A stretch of 64,000 bases of DNA, taken from contig CAXWPL010000005.1 in the NCBI GenBank assembly GCA_963666215.2, forward strand, positions 1,536,001 to 1,600,000. The letters are read 5' to 3'. Below are positions 41,468 through 50,280 of this stretch, piece by piece (the first letter of the stretch is position 1; each line of letters begins with the position of its first letter). The notes beneath the pieces were generated by a model, which was not told the DNA's origin, did not search any database, and saw only the letters and a program-made list of their open reading frames with translations. Both the position numbers and the translations under genes were made by a program. This DNA is from Acidobacteriota bacterium. GTDB lineage: Bacteria; Acidobacteriota; UBA890; WLXD01.

Positions 41468-41483
41468 AGCACTTCCCATGCCA
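41468..41483 (-). promoter_or_regulatory. Sigma54 (-24/-12) promoter
   Basis: TGGCATG-GGAA-GTGCT versus consensus TGGCACG-N4-TTGCW, with exact GG/GC spacing, just upstream of the desaturase. Confidence 0.7.
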
Positions 41484-41579
41484 ACTCGGCGGCAGAGCCA
41501 TGGCTCTGCCGCTGAGGGCGCCCTCGCTTCGCACGCACACTCCGGTCTACAATCACTCATCGACCCAAGAGGAGAGCGT

Positions 41580-42371
41580 ATGCAGTCAGTGACGGCTCAG
41601 GTCCGATATCTCAACCCTGATTGGAGAGGTCGCAGCGAAATGCCTCGCATCGGCGATCGCGAGTCGCGGCATGCCAACACCAGCAAGCGCGCGGTCGACA
41701 TCTTCGACGCACGGGGCATGGACCTCGGCCTCGACTCGGCAGGCTTCATGCTCACCAAGCACCGATCGAAGGTCGGAGACTTTCACCAGGATGGGGAAGT
41801 CCGCGCCACTTATTACGTCGAGATCGCTCGTCTACTCCAAGAGCTCACCGGGGCGGAGCATGCCCTCATCCTCCAGCATGTCGTTCGGACCGAGGACACC
41901 AGCGACTTCAACAAGGCCTACGCGCGCTTCGTTCACTGCGACTACTCGGTCAGAGATGCTCGAGGAAACGCCGAGAGAACCTTGCTCGCTCACGGCTTGG
42001 AGCTGACTCCGTCCCAGCAATGGGAATTCGCCTGGTTCAACACCTGGCAGCCGATCGAGCGCGAAGTGCTCAAGAATCCGCTGGCGATGATCGACGCAAG
42101 AACTCTCTCGTTCGACGACGTTGTCGACTATGAGTACAGTGGGTACGGAGAGCCGGTGCGCAGCTCGATGCCGGCCTTCAATCCGGACCACAAGCTCTAT
42201 TTCTTCCCGCGAATGCAGACCGACGAAGTGCTCGTGATGAAGCAGCTCGACACGCGACTCGACCGCGCCAGGCTGTGTCCGCACACTTCCTTCGACATCG
42301 ACGCGCCGGCGGACGCGCCGGGCCGCCGCAGCATCGAAGTAAGGATCATGTGTGCCTTTCGTAAACGCTAG
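41580..42371 (+). CDS. CmcJ/NvfI-family oxidoreductase
   Basis: IFDARG, LDSAGF, YY.E...L...TGA, VHCDY, N.W.PI, PLA.ID, PHTSF, RRSIEVR. Confidence 0.85.
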   Translation: MQSVTAQVRYLNPDWRGRSEMPRIGDRESRHANTSKRAVDIFDARGMDLGLDSAGFMLTKHRSKVGDFHQDGEVRATYYVEIARLLQELTGAEHALILQHVVRTEDTSDFNKAYARFVHCDYSVRDARGNAERTLLAHGLELTPSQQWEFAWFNTWQPIEREVLKNPLAMIDARTLSFDDVVDYEYSGYGEPVRSSMPAFNPDHKLYFFPRMQTDEVLVMKQLDTRLDRARLCPHTSFDIDAPADAPGRRSIEVRIMCAFRKR

Positions 42372-42594
42372 GAGCGTGTCCGAGAATTCGGACAGGCGAG
42401 TAGTTCTCAGGCGGGGATGGGCCGGAGAACGGGCCGCAGGTCCGTTCTCCGGGGCTAGGAGCGTGTCCGAGTATTCGTCCTGAGCCGTTTCCGTGAGCGA
42501 ATAGGAAGCAACGCCCAAGTGCGCCGTCCTCGGCGCCAAGAGACAACTAGGCGGAGGAAATGATAGCCATCATTTCTGGAGCCTAGGAGCGTGT
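42368..42594 (+). repeat. Tandem mosaic repeat A-B-A' (each unit starts CTAGGAGCGTGTCCGAG); third unit interrupted by IS
   Basis: Units start at 42368 (A), 42455 (B) and 42583 (A', first 12 nt). Confidence 0.92.
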
Positions 42595-42659
42595 ATCTGG
42601 ACTCCCGTGTCAAGTAGTTGATTTCAACTCATAGAGAGATTCTGGTTTTCTCGGTCTTC

Positions 42660-42850
42660 GGGCTGAGAGTGGTAGGTCAGACAGCAGACGTATCTCCGGC
42701 CTCAGATTGGCGTGACGATGTGTGCACGCCGGGCCATGATGGAAAAGTGCGCGTGAGGGAGCCGAATCGTCCGAGAAAACGGCCTCGAGGGCCAACGCTC
42801 CTAGCGGCTTGTGCCCTCACGCCAGTCTGACTGGAAACCATCAAAGTCCT
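42660..42850 (-). ncRNA. Predicted bridge RNA/seekRNA of the IS1111 element
   Basis: Loop closed by AGCCG/CGGCT holds CUAGGAGCGU and UCUCGGAC (the two target halves) around a GGCC hairpin. A second loop holds CAUCAU and AGAUA (donor junction). RNA ends are approximate. Confidence 0.8.
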
Positions 42851-42906
42851 TGGATCGAGCTGTGAGTGGATGGGGGTTACGAGTAGGTTGTGGTCGTTCG
42901 GTCGTC

Positions 42907-43944
42907 TTAGGCAGCAGCGAGCAACGGCTTGGGCTCGAAGGCGCGCTTACGGGTCCACACGGCCCAGACAATGCGGGCCAACTTGTTGGCGAGGGCAACG
43001 GCGGCTTTGTTGGATCCTCGGCGGGTATCGACGTGCAGCGCCCACTGTTGGAGGCGGCCTTGGGGTTGTTTTCTCTTCGCCCACGACAGCACGGAGCGGG
43101 CCCCGTGGATCAGGAGCGTGCGCAGATAGCCGTCGCCGCGTTTGCTGATGCGTCCGAGCCAGCGTCGTGCGCCACTGGAGTGTTCGCGCGGCGTGAGCCC
43201 GAGATAGCTGGCAAGATGGCGTCCGCTCTTGAAGCGAGAGACATCTCCGATCCAGGCCACCAGGGCCGTGGCGGTCAGGACCCCGATGCCAGGAATGGTC
43301 ATCAGCAGCTGCACGGCTTCGAGCTGTTTGGCGAGCGCTTGGATGTGGTTGTCGATCTCCGCGATACGCTCGTGGAACTGCTCGATCTGATCGCATTGCG
43401 CTGCGAAGTGAGGGCGCAATGCCATGGGGATGTCCGTCTCGGCGTCGGCGATCAGCTCTCGGACCCTCGGCACGACGCGCGCACGTCCTAGAGGGATGAA
43501 GTGTCCGAATTCTCGCAAGTGCCCGCGTAGAGCGTTGCAGTGAGCCGTACGATCGCCGATGTAGGCCGCGCGCATCCGATGCAGAGTGGTGAGCGTTTGT
43601 TGCTCGAGCGACTTGACAGGGACAGGCAGGATGTCTTCGTTGCGATACGCCTCGAGCATGCCTTTGGTGTCGGTTCGATCGGTCTTGTGGGCGCCGACAT
43701 AGCGGTGGGTCAGGTGGGGTGGCAGCAGGACGACCGAGTGGCCGAGCTCTCCTATTTCCCGGCCCCAGTAGTGCGCGGAGCCACAGGCCTCCATGACCAC
43801 CGTCGTGGGCTTGCGTTGTGCGAAGAAAGACAAAAAGCCAGCTCTTCGGACTCGATGCCGGTCCGCCACCTTTCCCGGCTCATGCGACACGGCGATCTCG
43901 AACACATCCTTGGCCAGGTCGACACCGATAACGGTATGCTTCAT
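42907..43944 (-). CDS. IS110-family DEDD recombinase/transposase (intact)
   Basis: IGVDLAK, VMEAC, KTDRTD, IPGIG, YLGLTPREHSSG (catalytic Ser), GRISKRGD.YLR.LL, VALANKLAR. Confidence 0.95.
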   Translation of the reverse strand: MKHTVIGVDLAKDVFEIAVSHEPGKVADRHRVRRAGFLSFFAQRKPTTVVMEACGSAHYWGREIGELGHSVVLLPPHLTHRYVGAHKTDRTDTKGMLEAYRNEDILPVPVKSLEQQTLTTLHRMRAAYIGDRTAHCNALRGHLREFGHFIPLGRARVVPRVRELIADAETDIPMALRPHFAAQCDQIEQFHERIAEIDNHIQALAKQLEAVQLLMTIPGIGVLTATALVAWIGDVSRFKSGRHLASYLGLTPREHSSGARRWLGRISKRGDGYLRTLLIHGARSVLSWAKRKQPQGRLQQWALHVDTRRGSNKAAVALANKLARIVWAVWTRKRAFEPKPLLAAA

Positions 43945-44033
43945 GGGGCTCCCTTCCAGTACTAGAGTTTCGGTTTGGGCGACCCGCGGCACACAGATGC
44001 CGATCGAAGTCGCCAGGGAGTCCATTTCATCAT

Positions 44034-44111
44034 CCGAGTATCGGACAGGCGAGTAGTTCTCAGGAGGGGATGGGCCGGAGAACGGGCCGCGGGCCCATTC
44101 TCCGGGGCTAG
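44034..44111 (+). repeat. Remainder of interrupted A-type repeat unit
   Basis: CCGAGTATCGGACAGGCGAGTAGTTCTCAGG..CCGGAGAACGGGCC..TTCTCCGGGGCTAG matches 42380-42458. Confidence 0.92.
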
Positions 44112-45334
44112 GTGGAGCTCTGCCGTTTAAAGGAGCTGGAGCGGCGCAGCCAGAGGACTACTGAACCGACCGCGAGACCCATGACGGCCAAAGCCGTCCG
44201 CTCGCCCAAGACGTCGGCAAGATAGCCGATCGGCAGTCCCATCAAACCGAAGCCGGCGAAAGAAAGCATGGTCAGCGACATCACTCGCCCCACGTATCTC
44301 GGCTCGGTCGCGCCTACGATCACGGCGCCGGCGAGAGTCTGGAAACCGCCACTGAACACTCCCGCCACGAAGACGATCACGGTAAGGCCGAAGAAGCTCG
44401 GGGCGGCGGCGACGGCCAATAGACTTAGGGCGAACCCCAGGGCCATCAGTGAGAAGAGAGCGGGGGAGCGGGGAGAGTCGGCGTAGCGCGCAACCACCAC
44501 GCTCGCCGTCAGAGCACCGAGAGCAGTGACTCCGAATTGCACACTCGAAGACTCGGTGGGCAAGCCGAGCTGGTTCTGTACAAAGCCAGGCAATAGGGTG
44601 ATGTATGGAAAGCCGAGGATGATGACAAGCGTAAAGAGGAGCATGAGCGGGCGCAGCTGGGGGTGATCACGCACGTAGCGAAGGCCGGCGAGGATGTCAT
44701 CGAGTAGACGGGCTCGGGACGCGCCGCTAGACACGACGGATCGCGGGAGCAAGCCCAGGCTCAGAACCGAGATCAGGTAGAGAACGCCCATCACGATGTA
44801 GGCGGCCCACACTCCGTCGGTCGACCACGCCAGAAAAGCCCCCGCAACCGCTGGGCCGAGCACCCTGCATCCACTATTCGCGACCTGAGTCAGTGCTATT
44901 GCGTTGCCTCGGCGTGCCTTTCCGACCAGCTCCACCGCCAGTGACTGGCGCGCCGGGCCCATGAACGCGAAGGAAGTGCCCATCACCGCCGAGCCCATCA
45001 TCAGCCAACCAATCTGGATGCGCTCGCTGGCGATACCCCACGCGATCCAAAAGAAGACCGACATCGTCAACAGCTGGCAGACTGCGATCACCCGGCGCTT
45101 GGGCCAGCGATCGGCAAGCGCGCCGCCCAGAGGGGCGAGGGTGAACATCATGATGCCCTGCGAGAAGACCACAAACCCCACGGCTCGGTTCTGCCCGGTG
45201 AGCTCAAAGGCCACCACACTCTGGGTAACCATCGACATGAAAAAGGCGACGAAGGCGAAAATCGTTCCGATCCACAGGATGCGGAACGGGCGAACGGAGA
45301 GCGCCGCAAAAGTCTGTCTCAGATGTCCAGGCAC
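44108..45334 (-). CDS. MFS transporter (MFS_3/H+ antiporter type)
   Basis: FRILW.G, GGALADRWPKR, PARQS, GRVMS; about 12 TM helices. Confidence 0.9.
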   Translation of the reverse strand: MPGHLRQTFAALSVRPFRILWIGTIFAFVAFFMSMVTQSVVAFELTGQNRAVGFVVFSQGIMMFTLAPLGGALADRWPKRRVIAVCQLLTMSVFFWIAWGIASERIQIGWLMMGSAVMGTSFAFMGPARQSLAVELVGKARRGNAIALTQVANSGCRVLGPAVAGAFLAWSTDGVWAAYIVMGVLYLISVLSLGLLPRSVVSSGASRARLLDDILAGLRYVRDHPQLRPLMLLFTLVIILGFPYITLLPGFVQNQLGLPTESSSVQFGVTALGALTASVVVARYADSPRSPALFSLMALGFALSLLAVAAAPSFFGLTVIVFVAGVFSGGFQTLAGAVIVGATEPRYVGRVMSLTMLSFAGFGLMGLPIGYLADVLGERTALAVMGLAVGSVVLWLRRSSSFKRQSST

Positions 45335-45491
45335 GATCAGCTAGCGGGGAGGGAGAGGAACCGAGGTCGGAGTCCCGGGGGCTCCTCGCGGCCGACACTA
45401 GCACTATGATCGTGCTTGGATCGGCGCGAAGACGATAGGGTTGGGCCCGCGGTCGCGGACCTCCACGACCCGAGCTCGGAAGGGAAGGATC

Positions 45492-46970
45492 ATGAGACTG
45501 AGAGGCCGGCTCTTGCCATCGGCGGCACTGGTTTGGGTGGGCTGCGCCGGGCCCACGGAGGAGGTCGTCCTGCCAGCGGCGATCGAGACAGTGGCCTCGG
45601 CACCCACACGGGCTCGTACGCAGCAGGGGAGCTACATTTCCTGGCGCGAACACCTGATCGACACTGAGTCCATCGGCGGAGTCCCAATCCGCGGCAGCGA
45701 CGGGCTGAAGATGGCCGATCTAGACCTCGACGGTCACCTGGATATTGTGTCCGTTCACGAATCGGACACCACCTACGATGGAGTGGCCGACGGTCATATC
45801 CGGCTGGCCTTCGGATCTGAGAGCCCCGACCAGTGGGAGCTGGTGACTCTCGGAGAAGGGCAAGAAGTAGGGGCGCCGGAAGACGTCTCTATCGGCGATA
45901 TGAACGGCGATGGCTATCCCGACGTGGTGGCTGCCTGCGAGCTGGCGCATCTCATCTATTTTCAGAACCCGGGGAAGAATGCGCGCAGTGAAACCTGGGA
46001 GCGTGTCATTCCCGAGGCGACGCTCGGCCGCGGCTCTTTCATCCACGCCTATCTTGCCGATCTCGATGCGGACGGCCGTCTCGAGGTAGTGACTCCAAAC
46101 AAGGGAGGCCAAAACCCGGATAACGCCGCTGCTGAGCCGACGTCGATCTCCTGGTTTCGAATCCCCGACGATCCACTCCAGGGTGATCGCTGGGAAGAGC
46201 ACGTGGTGGCGAGGATGCCGGTCCCGATCAACTCCCGCCCGGTGGATCTCGACGGCGACGGTGATCTCGACATCGTCGGCGGTACCCGCGGGGAAGAGCG
46301 AGTCATGTGGTTCGAGAATACCGGCAGCGCCGAGGTCGAGCTCGTGGAGCACCGGATCGAGGTCGTCGAGGCCGAGCCGGAGCTCGTCGGTACCGAACGC
46401 CGGATCGCCGGCAACCACATCGAGTTTGCCGACCTCAGTGGCGACGGACGCCTCGACATTCTGATGACCGAGGCGGTCGTCAACATCGTGTGGTTGGAGC
46501 AGCCGGCGGACCCACGCTCCCCGGATGCACGCTGGCGACTCCATCCCCTGGGTGACATTGCACCGGACCACCCGGCAGGCTTCGCCGTCGCCGACATCAA
46601 CGGCGATGGCCTCGTCGATATCATCGCCGGCGGTTATAGCGCCGGAGCGCGAGACCACGATGCCGACGTGCCGCTCACCGATCGGATGGGCCGGCTGGCC
46701 TGGTTCGAGCAAGCGGAGAACCAGGCCGGTGCATGGACCCGCCACGACATCTCGCGGCGCAAGCGCGGCGTTTTCGACGAATTCGTGCCCCGCGACATGG
46801 ATGGCGACGGCGACATCGACTTCGTCGGAACCCGAGGAAACTGCGCCCCCTATGACGGCGTCTACTGGCTCGAGCAGGTACGAAGCGACGCTCCACGCCC
46901 GGCCTTCGAGGGCGCCCGTGAGAACGAGAGTGAGCAGATGCCCTTGCCCGAGGCACTGCGACAGCGGTGA
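45492..46970 (+). CDS. FG-GAP/VCBS repeat lipoprotein
   Basis: Seven D.(D/N)GDG..D-like repeats; lipobox WVGC. Confidence 0.85.
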   Translation: MRLRGRLLPSAALVWVGCAGPTEEVVLPAAIETVASAPTRARTQQGSYISWREHLIDTESIGGVPIRGSDGLKMADLDLDGHLDIVSVHESDTTYDGVADGHIRLAFGSESPDQWELVTLGEGQEVGAPEDVSIGDMNGDGYPDVVAACELAHLIYFQNPGKNARSETWERVIPEATLGRGSFIHAYLADLDADGRLEVVTPNKGGQNPDNAAAEPTSISWFRIPDDPLQGDRWEEHVVARMPVPINSRPVDLDGDGDLDIVGGTRGEERVMWFENTGSAEVELVEHRIEVVEAEPELVGTERRIAGNHIEFADLSGDGRLDILMTEAVVNIVWLEQPADPRSPDARWRLHPLGDIAPDHPAGFAVADINGDGLVDIIAGGYSAGARDHDADVPLTDRMGRLAWFEQAENQAGAWTRHDISRRKRGVFDEFVPRDMDGDGDIDFVGTRGNCAPYDGVYWLEQVRSDAPRPAFEGARENESEQMPLPEALRQR

Positions 46971-47139
46971 GCGCGGTCGGGCGCTGGTGGCAGAGGCTCG
47001 CCCAGGCTGACGCGCCGCCTGTCGCCGCCGAGGCGGACGAGCACGATTACGCAACTCTCGACGCCATTCGCGAGATGGAGAAGGGGTTGCTCCCCATGGC
47101 TGACACTGAGCTAGTGCTAGTCGAGTGAGCCGGCACCCT

Positions 47140-48337
47140 TCGACCTCGATGAGTACGCGAACAACATCTTCCTGACTAATCCCGGCATCGCAGTGGCGGA
47201 TGTTTGCTGCAATGCGGGAACCTCTTCGGCGCCGACAACATTCAGCTGCAGGCCGAGCTGCGCAACGCACTTCACGTCGAGTCTCTACTGCAGCGGGACG
47301 TTGATTACATCGTGCGAGAGAAACGCATCGAGCTCGTCGACGAGCTCACCGGCCGTGTTGCAAAAGATCGCCACTGGGCCGACGGAATTCAAGCGGCACT
47401 CGAGGCAAAGGAAGGCCTGTTCTTGGGCCACGAGGGACAGGTTCTCGGCTCGATCACGGTCCAGCACTTCTTGCACAAGTACCCGCAGCTTTGTGGCATG
47501 ACCGCCACTGCGAAGACCGCTGTGCCTGAGCTCGCCGAAGTCTATGGCCTGACGGTGCAAAGGATCGCAACCAACCGAGCCTGCGCCCGAATCGACGCTC
47601 CCGACCTCATTTTCCGAAGCCAGGAGAGCAAGCGCCCTGCGTTGGTCGATGCGATCTCCTGCGCTCACCGCCGTGTGCAGCCTACGCTGGTCGGCACCCT
47701 CAGTGTCAGAGAGTCCGAAGAGCTGGCCGGTGAGCTCGAGCGCGCCGAGGTACCCTGTCGCGTCCTCAACGCCAAGAGGGACGAAGAGGAGGCCTCGATC
47801 ATCGCCGAGGCCGGAGCGCCGGGCGCGGTGACGATCTCTACCAATATGGCAGGGCGAGGCACCGATATCCGCCTCGGAGGGTCAAACGAGAGTGAGCGAG
47901 ACCAGGTGTTGGCTGTCGGCGGCTTGGCGGTCTTTGGCACCAACCGACACGAGAGCCGTCGCATCGACGACCAGCTGCGCGGGCGAGCCGGTCGACAAGG
48001 CGATCCAGGCTCTTCTCGCTTCTTCGTCAGTCTCGAGGATCCGCTACTCCGGCGCTATGGCATCGAGCGACTGCTTCCCTCACGGAGCGCCGAGGCGCTC
48101 GATCACCCCATTGTTGCGCGGGAAGTCGCACGCGCGCAGCGCATCATCGAGGGGCAGCACGCCGACGCCCGCACCCGCCTGGTGCGCTACGAGCAGGTCC
48201 TGGAGCGGCAGCGCTCGGAGCTCCAGGGGCGGCGTCAGGCTGTCCTCGAGGGCAGAGAAGACTCGGGCCTGGTGGCGAAGCTCAGCCCGGAGCGGTGGCG
48301 CGAGCGTCGATTGGCTTCCGCAAGGGAGAAGTCGTAG
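47140..48337 (+). pseudogene. Internal fragment of a SecA/SecA2 paralog
   Basis: DVDYIV, VDELTGR, QAALEAKEG, GMTATA, VLNAK, STNMAGRGTDI, RRIDDQLRGRAGRQGDPG.S.FFVSLED. Lacks N-terminal NBD1 and C-terminus. Confidence 0.85.
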
Positions 48338-48465
48338 AATGCCACGGCGAACCTACGGGAAGCCTCCTCGGGGTTACCCGCCCTCCGAAAAAGACCAGCG
48401 TCCTTGTTCCCACCGTCGGCACGGCGCAATCGCTGCGCGCAAAGTGATCTCTTGAGTTTCCAATT

Positions 48466-49689
48466 TTGAGTAATCTAGTCGTTCACGGCATACCTCAGCC
48501 CTCGACCGATGAATCCGGTCAGGGGTTCGCCGATCTCGGCCTCGGAGAGTCGGTCATCGAGGTGCTCGATCAGATCGGCTTCGAGCGACCGACTCCGATT
48601 CAAGCCGCCATCATTCCGCTCGCCCTGGAGGGCGGCGATCTCATCGGACTGGCCCAGACCGGATCGGGTAAGACCGCGGCCTTCGTGCTGCCGATGCTCG
48701 AGACTTTGGAACCGCGTGGTGGGGTTCAGGCGCTGATCGTATGTCCGACCCGAGAGATCGCGGTCCAGACCAAAGAGTTCCTCGATGCGACCGCCCCCTC
48801 CCAAGATCTCTCTTCGGTGGTCCTGATCGGAGGAGTGAGCATCGGGCCGCAGCTCGATCAGCTAAAGAGAGGGATCGAGATCGTGGTGGCGACACCCGGT
48901 CGCCTGCTCGACCACATGGACCGTCGCACCGTGCGCTTGAATCGACTCAGAGAGCTGGTGATCGACGAGGCGGACCATATGCTCGATCTCGGCTTCTTGC
49001 CGCAGATCCGAGACATTCTCCAGGAGCTACCCGAAAAGCGTCGCACGATGATGTTCTCGGCGACGATGTCTGCCCCTATCGAGCGTCTAGCGCAGCGCTT
49101 CATGGCTGACGCCGTAAGAATCGATCTGCGACCTGCCAGCCGCGCCGCCGAGGGGATCGAGCACCGCCTCTACCTGATCGAGTCCGCCGACAAGAAGGCC
49201 TGTCTTCTTGCTCTGGCAGAGGAGGAGAAGGGGTGCATCCTGATGTTCATGCGTCGCAAGATCGACACCGAGTGGGCGTGTCGGCAGCTTGCCCTGGAAG
49301 GGCATGCGGTCGAACGGATGAACTCGGATCTGTCCCAACAGCAGCGCCAGGCGGCTCTGCGTGGCTTCAAAGATGGTAAATATCGAATCCTCGTAGCCAC
49401 CGACGTCGCCGCGCGGGGGATCGACATCCCCAAGATCGAGCACATCATCAACCATGACCCCCCGGAGACGGTCGAGGACTACATCCATCGAGCGGGGCGC
49501 ACCGCAAGGGGAAGTCTCGGCGGTACGGTCTCGACAGTTGCGACTTGGCGCGACAAGGGAACGGTAGAGGCCATCGAGAAGGCCATCGGCCAGAGTCTCC
49601 CACGCTGCAAGGCGCCAGGCGTCGAGCCTTGGGTCGAAGCCAAGGACCGCCCGCGAGCGCGCAGAATCGTACGAGGCCGCCTACGCTGA
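48466..49689 (+). CDS. DEAD-box RNA helicase
   Basis: PTPIQ, AQTGSGKT, PTRE, TPGRL, DEAD, SAT, ARGID, HRAGRTAR. Confidence 0.95.
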   Translation: MSNLVVHGIPQPSTDESGQGFADLGLGESVIEVLDQIGFERPTPIQAAIIPLALEGGDLIGLAQTGSGKTAAFVLPMLETLEPRGGVQALIVCPTREIAVQTKEFLDATAPSQDLSSVVLIGGVSIGPQLDQLKRGIEIVVATPGRLLDHMDRRTVRLNRLRELVIDEADHMLDLGFLPQIRDILQELPEKRRTMMFSATMSAPIERLAQRFMADAVRIDLRPASRAAEGIEHRLYLIESADKKACLLALAEEEKGCILMFMRRKIDTEWACRQLALEGHAVERMNSDLSQQQRQAALRGFKDGKYRILVATDVAARGIDIPKIEHIINHDPPETVEDYIHRAGRTARGSLGGTVSTVATWRDKGTVEAIEKAIGQSLPRCKAPGVEPWVEAKDRPRARRIVRGRLR

Positions 49690-49708
49690 GCCTCGCCCCG
49701 GCGGCGGG

Positions 49709-50101
49709 CTACCAGCGACTCTCTCTCTGCTCGCCCGCGGTCAGAAAACGGAGGCCCACGCCGCGCAGCTCAGGGTGCGGGGCGCCACCGTCGTCTGTAT
49801 GACTCCACATCACGAGGGCGTCGGTACGCCGGCTGGGAGCGCCGGTCTTTTCGAGCTCGAGTCGGATGCGAGTGCCCTGGGAAACGCCGTCGGCCTCGAC
49901 GAAAGCTCCAGTGGCGGAAATGTCACGCAGGTAGCCGAGGTGCGGCTGCGAGTCGCCCTGGATCCAAAAGCGCACGGCTTCTCGCCGGTCGTGGCGCCTT
50001 GCTCCTCTTCGCTCGGCCTGTTTGTCGAGAGATGCGAGAATCTGGCCCCACGATCGCAGGTCGTGGGTGGGCGGTGGATCGTTGTTCATTGGCCCCTCCA
50101 A
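49709..50101 (-). CDS. PilZ-domain protein
   Basis: RRHDR (RxxxR), DISATG (DxSxxG), GVGLRF. Confidence 0.8.
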   Translation of the reverse strand: MEGPMNNDPPPTHDLRSWGQILASLDKQAERRGARRHDRREAVRFWIQGDSQPHLGYLRDISATGAFVEADGVSQGTRIRLELEKTGAPSRRTDALVMWSHTDDGGAPHPELRGVGLRFLTAGEQRESRW

Positions 50102-50280
50102 CGCGTCAGCTCGAACACTCTCGCGAGTTCCCCAGGGTTCGTCGCAGATTGCGCAAGGTGTTCCGTCTACGGTAGTTAACTAACCTAGTCTACTATGATT
50201 CTCTGTTTCAGTCCCGGCGCAATCGCCAAGCAATCCCATTCTCAGAGCGCTCCTCACCGATCCCGAAAGGAGAAGTCCGC

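Larger units (their letters stand above)
42595..44033 (-). mobile_element. IS110 family, IS1111 group insertion sequence
   Basis: Sub-terminal IRs TGGACTCCC (42598-42606) and GGGAGTCCA (44016-44024). About 310-nt non-coding region downstream of the tnp. Removing it restores the repeat unit; only one T is shared. Confidence 0.93.

Noticed and set aside
42368-42594. CRISPR-like array (repeated 17-nt head with intervening sequence)
   Set aside because: The intervening segments are 70-110 nt and are themselves repeated elsewhere; no cas genes. Better explained as a mosaic repeat.
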